A stretch of 64,000 nt of DNA from Entomortierella parvispora E1425 (GCA_020891255.1 BQFW01000004.1:248001-312000); one strand, 5' to 3'. Positions 34,550 to 46,841 are shown, counted from the stretch's first letter. A program made the numbers and translations. Notes: generated by a model from the letters alone, not told the origin.

Positions 34550-36061
34550 ATGTCCATTACTACAATTCAACAGGCTAACAATGGCCTCCCAGTGCACGAG
34601 AACGAGATCGAGGTATCGTCCCCGCATCCCTATCCCCTGCCCCTTGAAATAAACCCGAGGGTTTTACGATCCATTCCACTCACCCTGTAACCCATTCTCA
34701 TCTTTGTATAGTCCAATTGGGACGAGATCATCGACAGCTTTGACGACTTGAACTTGACTCCCGAACTGCTTAGAGGTATCTATGCCTTTGGGTACGTCTC
34801 ACGTAGCCTCGATAGGACATGTCTTCCCAACCTTCCCTGAATAGACACTCACTTTTTTCTTTCTTTGTTGGGCTACTCTCTTCTCTCTACCACAGCTTTG
34901 AACGTCCATCTGCTATTCAACAACGAGCTATCGCACCTGTGATCGCAGGTCGCGACATGATTGCTCAAGCCCAGTCAGGCACAGGCAAGACGGCGACCTT
35001 TTCGATTTCTGTCCTCCAGAACATTGACATGTCGCAAAAGGCCTGTCAAGCCCTGATCCTGGTCCCCACCCGAGAACTGGCGCTCCAGATCCGAGGTGTG
35101 ATCTTGGCCTTGGGGGATTTCCTCAAGGTCGATTGCTTGGCCTGCATCGGGGGCACCAGCATTCAAGAATCCATCCGCCGGTTGGCGGACGGTGTTCAGG
35201 TCGTGGTCGGGACGCCCGGTCGTGTCCTGGACATGATCCAACGCGGGATCCTCCCCACCCAACATGTCAAGATGATGGTCCTCGACGAGGCCGATGAGAT
35301 GTTGCTGGATTTCCGTGAGGCCGTGTACGATGTCTTTCAGCATCTCCCCAAAACGGTGCAGGTCGCCTTGTTGTCGGCTACCATGCCCGACGAGGTCTTG
35401 GCCGTGACGACAAAGTTCATGTCGAACCCTGTTCACATCTTGGTCAAGAATGAAGAGGTGACCTTGGAAGGTAAAAGGCGATGCCAAACAGACGGTGTTG
35501 TAGCTCAGCCAGGATGATCTGTTTTCTCTACTCTCAACACAAGACTGTTTTTTTTTCTTCTTGACCTTGCCAGGTATCAAGCAGTTTTATGTAAATGTTC
35601 AAAAGGAAGAGTGGAAGCTGGACACTCTTTGCGACATCTACGAGACTTTGACCATCACGCAGGCGGTCATCTTTTGCTCGACCCGCCGAAAGGTCGAGAT
35701 GTTGAAGGAGCAGCTGACAGAGCGCGATTTCACGGTCTCGGCCATTCATGGGTCCATGGAGCAGTCTGAGCGTGAGACGATCATGAAAGAGTTCCGATCG
35801 GGCTCCTCCCGCGTCTTGATTGCCACGGATCTGTTGGCGCGCGGCATCGACATTCAGCAGGTCTCGTTGGTGATCAATTTTGATTTGCCAACCAACAAGG
35901 AGAACTATGTCCATCGCATCGGTCGTGGCGGTCGATTCGGTCGAAAGGGTGTGTCGATCAACTTTTTGACCGACAGAGACGCACCCATGCTCAAGGAGAT
36001 CGAGAGATTCTATAGCACTCAGATCACAGAGATGCCCATGAACATTGCAGATCTCATGTAG
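34550..36061 (+). CDS. tif1: Translation initiation factor eIF4A-family DEAD-box RNA helicase (exons 34550-34612, 34712-34791, 34896-35470, 35574-36061)
   Basis: All canonical motifs are present: Q-motif, [40 protein letters not shown] and [13 protein letters not shown]. Confidence 0.95.
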
Positions 36062-36253
36062 TTTGTGCTCTCCCTCTCGCAAAAAAGCCAGAAGCCAATA
36101 TCTTTCATCTGAAGGATATGAGCTTATCTCTTCAACAAGAATAAAAAAAAACGTTTATCGTTTTGTATGAACAATTATCTGAAACTGCTGTGAGTTTGTA
36201 AGGACAGGGGATGCGATTTATTTCTTCGGTTCACTAGGTTTTTCACTTTTGCC

Positions 36254-37762
36254 TCATACCAAAGAGCAATATTCCATGCGAGGCCAGAGTTGAAGGAGTT
36301 GTTGACCATACGGATGTGTCTTCATCTGAGCTCTCGAAGATGTAGGACTGGTCAATTCAGAAAAATCCCATTCGCGCTCCATTCCCGGGAGGGAGAGGGG
36401 TGTCAGTCCGTAGAGTCTTGCTCTAGGCGTCACACCAGAGCCATCGTCCGCATTCATCTCCAAGAAACAGAGGTCTTTCAACAAGGCCAGTTGTCTTCCC
36501 ATCATCGCCTCCTGTACCCTTACGACCTGAGCATTGGCCTTTGTGACCATCGTCCTCACCAGGACCACGCTCAGGGACTCGAGTTTTGAACACACCCAAG
36601 GTTTAGGTGGTGCAGGCTGTTGCATCTGCTTTTGTAGAAGGAGGGAGAGAAGCGAGGGAACAGGGAATCGAACCTCTCGAACAACATCCAGGACCTCCAG
36701 TTTCATCGCACCTAGCTCTCGTAACCGCGGACACAACATCAAGACTTGTCGGCACATCCAGCTCGTGAACCCCAGACAATGAGTGAGATTCAGTTTCTCT
36801 AGGGTATTCAAATGCCGACCCAACGCTATCCAGGATTCAGCTCCAAAGGCAGACCGCGGTAACGCTAGTCCTGTCAGTTTCGGACTGGCGGAAATCAACC
36901 TGGCCAGCTCCAAATCCAAGATGGCGGGTTCAAAGTTGTAGAGGGAATAACTGGTCTGCACAAGACTGATGGACGTCAGTCGGGTCCAAGTGTTGCGTTG
37001 GAGTAAAGTTGCAAAGACGTCCATGGCTCTCGTCAAGGGGTGCTGCACACTGCTGAGGTCCATATCCCAGTCCAGGGTCTCCAGATTCGGACAGGGCGCA
37101 AAAAAGTTGTAGAGCTGATTTTCCCAGCTCACGCTCTGTGGGTCCGACTGGATCCTGAATTCCCGCAGTTTTGGAAAAAGAAGCCCTTCCCTTTTCCAGC
37201 GTTTCGAGTGAGGTGGACTCAATAGACACTTGTTCAGATGCAGGACCTCGAGTTTCTCGGAACAGAGCTCCAACAATTGATCCATAATCGGCTTTGAAAA
37301 CAAGTGCTCCTCCAGTCGCAGTTCTGTTACGAGGGGACGAATGGTCTGAATCAAAGACCAAAACTCGGTCTCATTCGAGGGTGCAGGCAAAAACCGCAAG
37401 CGAAGGTGCCGAAGTCGAGGGTTGCGGTTGGTGATGCCATGGAGAAGCGTTATGGCCCTGGTTGGGTGCATCCGTGTCAGGTTGATGGACAAGTCCTGGA
37501 GCTGAGTGCAGCCACCGGGGTCCGCCAGGATCCAGGATTGCTGTTGAAGCGACATGCTGTTGTGGATATAGAGGCTGCGGATGTAAGAAGTATGACGTTC
37601 AAAGCCGGGGCTGGTCCACTGGTGGTCGTCCCAGGTATGCAGGTGGGCGTATATGAGGGGCGTGAAGGACGCGTGCCAGTCGTGGCAGACCCGTGAGCAC
37701 GAGACGAGGTCCTGGCGGTCGAGGAACTGGCCTGTGTAGTAGCGGATCTCGGCGAGGTTCAT
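36254..37762 (-). CDS. F-box/LRR (RNI-like) protein
   Basis: F-box-like MNLAEIRYYTGQFLDRQDLVSCSRVCHDWHASFTPLIY, repeated CPNLETL/CPRLREL units and the WVCSKLESLSV motif; one long uninterrupted ORF. Confidence 0.85.
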   Translation of the reverse strand: MNLAEIRYYTGQFLDRQDLVSCSRVCHDWHASFTPLIYAHLHTWDDHQWTSPGFERHTSYIRSLYIHNSMSLQQQSWILADPGGCTQLQDLSINLTRMHPTRAITLLHGITNRNPRLRHLRLRFLPAPSNETEFWSLIQTIRPLVTELRLEEHLFSKPIMDQLLELCSEKLEVLHLNKCLLSPPHSKRWKREGLLFPKLREFRIQSDPQSVSWENQLYNFFAPCPNLETLDWDMDLSSVQHPLTRAMDVFATLLQRNTWTRLTSISLVQTSYSLYNFEPAILDLELARLISASPKLTGLALPRSAFGAESWIALGRHLNTLEKLNLTHCLGFTSWMCRQVLMLCPRLRELGAMKLEVLDVVREVRFPVPSLLSLLLQKQMQQPAPPKPWVCSKLESLSVVLVRTMVTKANAQVVRVQEAMMGRQLALLKDLCFLEMNADDGSGVTPRARLYGLTPLSLPGMEREWDFSELTSPTSSRAQMKTHPYGQQLLQLWPRMEYCSLV

Positions 37763-38393
37763 GGGGATGAAGAAATGGGAGGGATGTTTGGAGTGAATGA
37801 AGGGTGAAAAAAAGAAAAGAGTCATGTGTGGAGGGAGAGAAAGAAGGAGACAATGCATAGCCGACATGGTGCCACCAAATCAAATCCCATGTACCATGTG
37901 CCATGTGTGTGGTCCATGCTGGTCATGTGAGGGCAATCTCGGGACATGGGAATGATGCTCGAATCTCTTCCTCTTCTTTTTCTTCTTCTTCTTCTCTTTA
38001 GAGATGATCCTCATCCCTCGGGGTCAACAGCAATGTCCCTCCTCCCGCGTCGCGTCCCTGTCGCGTCCAGGACACGCCTTCCCCTCTCCTCTCCTGGAAA
38101 GGCACCAAGGGGTCTCAGTCAGGGACTATTTTCGTTCATCCCCGACCCAAGGGAGCAAAGCAGGCAACGGCAAAAAAAGAAGAGTGCTCACAACCTTGGA
38201 GCCATTTTAGGAGCAAAACAGCCACCTCTCCCTCTCCTCCTCTCCTGCTCATTGTCCCTCACTTGGTCCCTCGATATATTCTCCTTGGGTCCTCGAGCGG
38301 TTATATTTTAAAACTTTTTTTCATGCAGGTCCCGTCTTTTTTTATACTTATTTTTATTATTTCTATGTGCATTCCCGGCGGGGATCCAGAACC

Positions 38394-39289
38394 TTACTTG
38401 TTCTTCAAAGACACACGCTCCAAGAAGCCGTCAGCGAGCAACTTCATAATGTTGCTGAACGTGTGGTACTGGGTTCCTGCTCCAGGCTGTCCAAAGTAAG
38501 GCGCAATTGGGCCAGCCTCGACATCAAAGGGTTTGATGACCTTGTAGACGTGGTAGTTGAAAGGGTAGAGAGGCTGATCCTTGGGGGCGTCCAAGTTGGA
38601 GGGAGGGATGGACCTCTGAGGGTAAGGTGCCTCTGCAGGTGAGAGGAACGAGCCATATTCACTTCCAAACCGATCCAACAATGTGCCCTCCAGCAACTTG
38701 GCGGTGCCCTTGATAGGTTCGCCAGCGATGTTGAGCAAGAAACCGTCCTTGACGGGGTAGGTATAAGAACCGTTGACGGTCCACTTTGCCAAGAACTCGG
38801 CCGCACAGAGACCTCCGAGACGGTCATAGGGATCCGTAATGTCGTTCAAAGGGAACAGCTTGGGCAGATGCTTGGGTCCAAGACGGGCATCCCGACAAAA
38901 GTAAAAAGTCGAGTTGACAGGCGCGACTCCCTTGCACATATCGGGGCACTATGGAAGCCAAGAATGAAGCAAAAAAAGAAGAAAAAAACAAAAGGTCAGG
39001 GTCATGATAAGTAAGCAGTGGTGGAAGAGTGACAAGAGAGTCCGACGGTGGGAAAGTAACGAACCTTCTTGTTGTAGTTGTTCTCGGACGCAAATTCATC
39101 TCCAGAGAGCTTGGCCTCCTCAGAGTCACCAGCAATGGCGGCGGCCTTCTCGGGAGAGCGGAAGAAGGTGTCATCCAAAGGTGAAGAATCGACGGAGCTG
39201 TCCACGTCCACGGGCGCACCAGCGACGGCGGAGAGGACTGAGCAAAGCACAAGGGCAAAAGTGACCAGGCGTGAGGTAGAGGTGAGCAT
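38394..39289 (-). CDS. Secreted TNT-domain (DUF4237) NAD+ glycohydrolase (exons 39289-39065, 38948-38394)
   Basis: Signal peptide MLTSTSRLVTFALVLCSVLSAVAG, an acidic spacer, then CPDMC..FYFCRDARLGP, YDRLGGLC, LLDRFGSEYGSFLSP, PYPQRSIPPSNL, YHVYKV and GPIAPYFGQPGAGTQY. Confidence 0.92.
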
Positions 39290-39378
39290 GATGATCAGGA
39301 GCAGGGTCGGATGGAGGAAGGATGAACGAAAGACAAGAAAAAGAAGAAAAAAGGCAGAATGTGTGCTGTCTATTTGGT

Positions 39379-39385
39379 TTTTATA
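39379..39385 (-). promoter_or_regulatory. Putative TATA box of TNT NADase gene
   Basis: TATAAAA on the minus strand about 90 bp upstream of the ATG at 39289. Confidence 0.5.
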
Positions 39386-41000
39386 GATGTTTCCATGTCC
39401 TCGAAGCAATTGAAGCGCCGTTAACATCACTGTGATGTGTGATCGCCGTCGAGGGTGATCCACACGTCGAGGCAAAGGAAAAGGTTTAGTTCTGGAAGCG
39501 ACTGGCGCGCAAGTGACTCCGCTAGGCACATTACCGAGATGGGAATATCCTTGTTTGTTGCATGCTTTAGTCCCTGTGAGTTTGAATTTTTTTTTTTTTT
39601 TTTTTTTTTTTTGTATCTCTATTTCCCCCCTGCGCGTGCATGCCTCCAAAGGAATTTCAGAAACAAATAAAATGCGAGAAAGCACCATCCCAAAAAAAAA
39701 AAAAGGAAAAAAAAAGGTGGGAGCATTGAAAAAGAGCAGATGAGCAAAGCAAAAGAGAAAATATGGGACCTTCTGGCCCGTTGAAGAGCTGCGATTTGAT
39801 CGGTGAACATCTCGCTGACGAAAGACAGATTTTTATTTTTATTTTATTTTTTGGCCCTGAACCCGGTTCGTGTAACAGCGCGCTTGCCACTCATTGCCAC
39901 CGATTTGCGCTACAAATTTCAAGTTCTTTGCCCAAAGAAGTCTGGAGGGTGAGGGCAATGTTCAATTGTGCAATCGTGCAATTAGACCTCCACCCCCTCG
40001 TCCTCCAGACAGCGAATACGAAAGAATGGATCGTTGGTCGTACAAGGAAGAACCAAGTGGGTCAAAGATGCTCACGCCGAGAATGTTGCCAGCGTAAAAA
40101 GGTATGTATGCCTTTTCTCCAACAAACACTAACAGCTGAGCTTACAAACATCGCCGCTCAGCAACTGACCTGTAGTACCGTTCGGTAGTACCTTTAACTA
40201 TAGAATCTGTCACTTTGCTCCAGAAGTTCTTTTTTGTATCTCTGGGATATGTACCAAGGTGGAACAAAAACAAGCACTGGATCTCATCCTTCTTTGCGGG
40301 ATTCTTAATATACTCTTGCTGTTCATTCTCCTACGCGTCTATCTCAAAGAGAGTACGCTTTTTGTAGCAGAGAGCTCCTCCCGACGGTGCCTTAACTTGC
40401 GCGCAATGGAAGTGAACCCGCTTGGCCATCCAAGTTGTTGTCAAGGAGGGACGATAGCTTAATCATCATAGAATCATTTATTTCTTTCTGTTGCAGCTCT
40501 TGGGCAAAGGAGGAAAAGAAGAACATAAATCTCTGCCCGAAAGGAGAGAAAGTATGGAGGAAGCTACAACGAAACAGATGACTATGGAAAAGGTTGGAGG
40601 AAAAGATAAAAGAAGGAGGAAGGAGGAGGATGGAAGAGGAAGGAGGAGGAAGGAGGTAGGAAGGAGAAGAGGAAAGCTGATGTTACAGAAGATAAATTAT
40701 ACGGAATAAATGCCTGGAATAGATTGAATGCCGAGATGAAATGCCGAATAAAAAATGAAAAAGAAAACTATGAAAATGGGGCAACAAAAATGAAAGTGTT
40801 GGGCAACAGGGGGCAGACCAAAATGAGAGGAGAGGGACAAGGGAAGAACGGAAAGAAGGATGGGGAAAGGTGATGGAGCGGAGAAAGGACAAGGACGTAC
40901 AATAGTGTACATATACATGGAAGGACAAGAGGAGGAAAAAAATGAACAAACAAACAAAATGACGAAGAAAAAAAAAAAGAAAAAGAAAGTGGTTTCCGTG

Positions 41001-42272
41001 TTACCAGACACGGTCTTCAGCTCCAAAGTAATCGCGCGCGTCGCCCTCGCCTCCGACGGCGCCGCGTCTAGATCCGCCCTGGACCAACTTTGTCTTGACG
41101 GTGGCATGCGTGGGGTTTCGAAGGTACCGGACCGTCGGGGTATCACTGAAGGCGGTGTTGGCTCCAGCGGCCGCTGCCTCTTCACCCTCGGCTGGGATCC
41201 CTTGCATAGGTGAGGTGTAAGGGTTCAACACGTTGAAGTTCATCTCGGAGGCGTCGACCGAGTAGCGACGCATCGACTTGAGCATTCGGCGGCGATTAGC
41301 GTTTTGCTCCAATCGACCACTCACTCCGCTCTGGTTCTGACTGTTCAACATGTCCGAGAGGAGCGATCTTCGAGGCGTTGGCAAGACTGCGTTTAGCTGT
41401 TGGGAAAGAATAGCGCAAGGAGGTTGAAAGAGAAAGGAATGAGGAGTTGATGAGGGGTAGAGAGCAATGAGATAGGAATGGGAGAAAGGGGGGAAGAGAA
41501 AAAGAAAAAAAAAAAAAAAAAGAGAAAAAAGAGAAAAAAGGAGCGATGTGGTTAGCGGCAGGGTTGGGGTTGAGCACATGAAAAGTGCGTGTACACGCGT
41601 TGACCAGCGCATTGCGCCCAATGACAAGTGTTGGTGATGGCAAGGGCAGGGGCGGAGGAGGTGGAAGGGGTCAATGCATCATGCAAAATGAGGATTTGCC
41701 TGCTGGGGGGAGTGATGTACTATTTTGTCGGGCGACTTTGTCTTTTTCTTTTTTTTTTTTTTTTTTTGTTTGGACGTGATCTCCAGCCTGTTCGCGTGCT
41801 ACCGTCCACCAGCGCAAACAAAGGCAAACCTTGGACAGCCCAACAACAACAACATCAACATCAACATTACACATACCTTGACTTTTCCTCCAAGAGAGCC
41901 TGTCGCAACACTGACGACACCATCCTCGGACGAGGTGGGGGGAGAGGCTGCGGCAGAGGAAGCAGAGCTCGACAGGTGAGCCCCTGAGAGCGAGCGCTGA
42001 AGCTGGGACATCGAGATGGTCTCGCTTTTGCGCTGACCATGGCGAGTCATGTTGGGCGAGGCCGAAGATCCGGCGCCGTCGCTCCCCGTGGCAATCGCCG
42101 TAGTGACCGCGCCTGCCTCTGTGATCTCGACAGTGTCATAGTAACGACCACTGTTGGCAGCGGGGTAATAAGAGGGGTGCTCATAATGTTCGTGGTGCGA
42201 GGCCACAGCCAAACAGCTGTGAGAGCGGCGATGATAACTTCCGGAACTGGGACCGATATCAAGTATCATCAA
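41001..42272 (-). CDS. Hypothetical low-complexity S/A-rich protein, multi-exon; structure unresolved
   Basis: A 157-aa ORF (42272-) ends at a GTATGT donor at 41876. There are downstream candidate exons with AG acceptors and a long minus-strand pyrimidine-rich leader (42300-43560). No recognisable domain. Confidence 0.35.
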
Positions 42273-45200
42273 GGAAAAATTCGTGGCGATTCGTCATGAA
42301 GGGAGTTTACAAAAGAAAAAATAAGCATTTCACCAAGGAAGGCAAAGAGGAATGATGGGAAAGAAAAGAAAAAAAAAAAAAAAAAAGAGAAAAAGGTCAA
42401 AAAGTCGGCCGAGCAATTGTGTGGTTGTTCGTGGGGAAGAAAGGAGACAAAGAATCAAGTTTGTTGAAACGGCAAACACGTTCGAGAATGGTGATATTCA
42501 TGGTCGATGGTGGATGGTCGAGAAAGGGAAGGGAAAAGGGAGGGGGAAAAGGAAGGGAAATGGGACCGATGGTCCGGATGTACGATGATGCACGGGTATG
42601 TGGCAACGTGCAGCAGGATGGTAGGACACACACAGGGGCGAAAAAAAAGGTAGACAAACAGACAGTTAGTAAACAGCTCTTGTGTACTTGTTTTTTCGGC
42701 AGAAAGCAATTGAGAACGCGACCATTGTTGTGCTGCATGCAAAACTAGGACGACTATGCAGAAAAACATACCCTTGACGCATTGAGCGACCGGAGGTGGA
42801 GAACTGGTGCGAGTTTTGAACGGCGTTGACGAGCATAGTAGTTTGTACTTGAAAAGAGTAGTAGGGTAGTAGAGTGGTAGGGTAAAGTCTATCGGGTCGT
42901 TTGAGAGTCGATGGAATTCTATGTGGTTCAAAGGGCTGTATTGTTCGTGATTGTAGAGGCGTTGTAAAGATGAAGGATGGTCAGGTAGGCGAGGATGAGT
43001 GTAGGTCTTGGTTTTGGTGGGTGTCTTTTGCCTTGGTGGCGTATGGGGTGAGATTCGTATTCAAGCGGTGGATATGTGAACCGGTAGGGAGAGACTACAG
43101 GTGTGGACTAAGGGATGAAGCTCTTGAGGAAGAGAAGAGAAGAAAGAGGGGGAGGAGAGGAAGGGAGGAGGAGGAGGAGGAGAAAGAGAGTTGAGAGGTC
43201 GTTGAGAAAAGTTGAGAAAAAAGATCTTGAGATATGAAGTGAATGAGGAAGAAAAGGCGAAAAAGGTGGGAAGATGGATGTATTTATCCATTTCTGTTGT
43301 CTTCGAGGGGGAGCCGACCCCCGGCTGGCTCTTGGAGACCCTTGGAGGCACAAGAAGGGGTAAGGACGATCAAATTCAGGAGGGGTTCCGTACTGGAGGG
43401 AAAGAAAAGACAGCGGAGGAAGAGGAGTGTGGAGCACCGAGGAAGGATGGAAACATGGCCTTCAATTCAATCAAAGTAAAGAATGATGGAGTGAAAACAA
43501 GGAGGTTATGGAAAGAGGGGGAAGAAGAGGAGGATTGTTGATTGGATCTGTGTTTGTGAACTGAACAAAGTAAGTCTTTATCATGCAAGGGAGCTTCGTT
43601 TGTGTGTCTAGTTCAATTGCCCAACGTCCAAGCAAATGCGACCAAGCGAGCGAGAGCGAGATAAACAGGGAAAGGCAACGATACCCTGGAGACTGTTGGA
43701 GAAAAAGGGGGTCAAATGGACCAAAAGTACCTCCAATGCTCAGATCAAAGAGAAATGGAGAAACGTTACTGCTTCCCATCTGGACTAAATGCCTCTGCCC
43801 ATCTCGCGACAGTCCACATCTATGGTCCCCCCCGTCCTGCTGCCTCTGTCTCTTCAATGCCATTGTTCGCAGGACCACCTCTATCGCCTCATCACCATTG
43901 TCGTCATGATGTTAATGCAACGCTGCAGACGAGCGATGATCCATTGCACAAACACCACGCAGCTTCGCCAGCTCTTGACACACGATGAAATAAGTCTGAG
44001 AAAGTGCAAAAATAAAGGAGGTTCCAGCCGTGTTGAAACATCAGGGGAGAGGCGAGTTTTGGGAATGCGCCGCGATGGGAGTGACTTTTTTTGTCGCTTG
44101 TGTGGGGAGGAGGGGAGCACAGAGCACAAGCATGGCCTGTAAATAATAATTGCAAGGAGGCTGTGGGACAATCTGGTTCCTTCCTTGTGTGTCTGATCTT
44201 GTTCCCTTAGATGAACTTGGGCCGACACTCCCTCATCCCTGCGATGCACAAGCCATTGGGAGATGCAGCCCGCGCAAAATAAAAAAATCGAGACGAACAG
44301 ACCAATGGAGATCGCTGATGAATGAAGGCATCCGCTTTTCCGTGCTCCAGCAAGGGACACGCTGAACGAACCGTGGGAGGCAGTCAGACGGAGAGACAAA
44401 GAGGCCCCAGGCTGCCCAAGTTCCGAGACCCAAGGGAGGTCCGCACACCGAATTTTAAACGAGGTTGGTCCTCCCATTCAAGCCAACCAGTGGATCGCGG
44501 TTCTGCTCCTTTTTTCAAACTGATGGCACATGTACGCTTGTGATACCCATGGATAACTGTAGCCAACGGCCATTCCACTCATCCATCTGTATGTCTGTTG
44601 TTGTTAACTCTTCATGCCTTGCTTCCAGCTCTCGGCCGAGGACGGGGAAGGGTGATCGACCTGCGAAACAGGGACCACCAAGAGACAAAAGACAGGCAGG
44701 CAAAAGTCCACTGTGAGCAACGCCGTTGAGAACAAAAAAAGACAGGGACGGTGCTATTATAACGATCTTGTGAACATTGGCTGAGGTAACAGCGACAGAG
44801 TGTCTACTTTTTCCTCCTATTTCCTCGAAGAGTTCTTACTGCTGGTTTCCGTTTCCAATTGCTGCTGCAATGCAGGAGCACAGAGCACCGAACAACAGTG
44901 CACAGTCCATTGGCCATCTCTTTTTTTTTAGTGCAACTGCAACAAATGTTTTTTTTTTTTGGTCTTGTCATCCATCGACCGTTGAGACTTACTTGTGCAT
45001 ATGCATACAAAGTGCAGCTGCTCTTGTTTTTCTTTGCTCCACTTCTTTCTAAAAGTTCTTTTGCTGCTCAATCTCAACGGAAAAAGAAATAAAAACCTCC
45101 TTGCAGAGTTTCATCAAGAACGCTCTATTTTCAACCGAGAGGAAAACTTTGTCCATCCCCTTCACGCTCGGCACCAGACTCGGGAACGAGAGAGGAGGGC

Positions 45201-45527
45201 TTCGAAAGCTAGTATCTCTCTCTCTATCTCCCTCGACCAACTCCTCTTCCCCCCTCTCCTTCTCTTTCTCTCTTCCTCTGCTCGGCCGTGTATTTTTGTG
45301 TTGCACAGCATCAATCATGGCATCCCTGCATCCTGCAAGTAGCCGGGGTCCCGGACCGCGTGAAAAGGACCCCAGAAATTAACGGTGTAGTCGTGATCCA
45401 AAAGTAAATCTTCATGACTCCGTCGATAGGCAAGGATGACCAACGGCATGGATCGCTTATTCATGCGGCCCCGTTAACTCTGTTTTTTCCTTGAATGCAT
45501 AAAACACAAACTCAACCGCTTGTTATC

Positions 45528-45584
45528 TACAGTGTAAGTCGCACAATGGACCGAAATTCGGTCTAATTTGCGACTTACACTGTA
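45528..45584. mobile_element. Tc1/mariner-type MITE or internally deleted element (53 bp, 45530-45582) with TA target-site duplication
   Basis: TA|CAGTGTAAGTCGCA...TGCGACTTACACTG|TA: a perfect 14-bp terminal inverted repeat starting CAGTG and a near-palindromic interior. Confidence 0.75.
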
Positions 45585-46834
45585 CATGGAACTGAAAAAA
45601 AGGTTGCAAAGAACAGACCCTTGTTATTTTTTTTTTGAGGTATGACGAGGCCCAAAGCCCAACGGTCTTGTGTTCATGGCCCCGTTGCGAGGGCAGCTCA
45701 GCCAGCCCACACCCTCTTCAGCTTTGCCTTGGTCACCAAACACAACATTCATGCATGAACAGGTAAGGCTCAATTGCGCACAACATCCAAGATAATGGAC
45801 GGCGGGAGTTTGACTCCTTCTGTAAGACACAATGCAAACAACAAACTAAACATTGCTTAGATCATGTCGACGAGTGTTGTTTCTCACATCTACCTTCTAT
45901 CCTACGGAAAAGTCAAGATAGTTACAATCTCGGTGCTAGGACAACAGGTCCGCAACGTTAGTGGACATTGACAAAGAAGGTCCAGATCTCTGAGAAGGGA
46001 GGGCTAGAACACTTTAGATATTCATGCAGAAATAACAAAAAATTAGTTCGATATACGCCCAATGGCCACCACAGCACATGGGCTGACAGTACTTTCTCGA
46101 TAAATAAGCATGCAGCGCGCAATTGAGCGCGTTTGAGTGCAGGTTCGTGAGCCATCCGATTTTATACCCTTGCCGCCTGTCATTGGTTGCTTTTCTGGAT
46201 AGAACATATTGACTACATTCCCTCAGTTGCATCTCTTGTCCCTCATCTTTCAGTAGCTCTCCCAGCTCTCCCCCCCCGCGTTCTATTTTCGACTGTTCGG
46301 CCTGGGGGGTAGGGTCCAGCTGGGATCGTTACACCAGGCTGGAACACACCATGAAAGTCTGTTTGGCTCCAGGGGCCGTGTTTCAAGATGACCAAACCAT
46401 TGATGAGGTGAGCATGCGACAGTGGTCAAATCAAGGAGAAGTCGCACTTTCGCGCACGGATGAAGACTATGCCTCTAGAAAGTAACACGCTTGGCTTTGC
46501 CACCAAAAGAGACGCTCGTTCCTGAAACGGTGTCTCCTGGTGACTGATCCGGGATGTGTTTTTAGCCGGTCGTTTATTTTTTTTTGCTCCCACCCTTTGA
46601 TATCCCGCGTCGGTCACAGTGCGGAAAGAATGACCCATAGCCCCAATTGTCAAACGCCAACGTCAACGTCAACGATGGTGTGGCGCAAACCGTGACTTGT
46701 TCGTGGAGCTCACTTGACTCTTGGTCAAACAGAAAATTCGATTGCCGTGCGGCGTAACTCATTCTGTCCAATCACATCCCCGCAGTGGCCGCGAAGGTCA
46801 ATTGAGCGTTCCCGCGCGCCTGGTAGGTCTCGAC

Positions 46835-46841
46835 TATAAAA
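46835..46841 (+). promoter_or_regulatory. Putative TATA box of transglutaminase-like gene
   Basis: TATAAAA about 70 bp upstream of the ATG at 46908, followed by a CT-rich leader. Confidence 0.5.

Noticed and set aside
36254-36270. C-terminal CSLV as a CaaX prenylation signal on the F-box protein
   Set aside because: Not shared by the paralogs; likely chance.
39890-40470. Coding-like minus-strand stretch (MAKRVHFHC..DA*ENEQQEY..) with an internal TAG
   Set aside because: No recognisable homology; could be chance or an old remnant.
45840-46260. Possible decayed transposon ORF near the MITE
   Set aside because: No transposase or RT motifs could be read in any frame.
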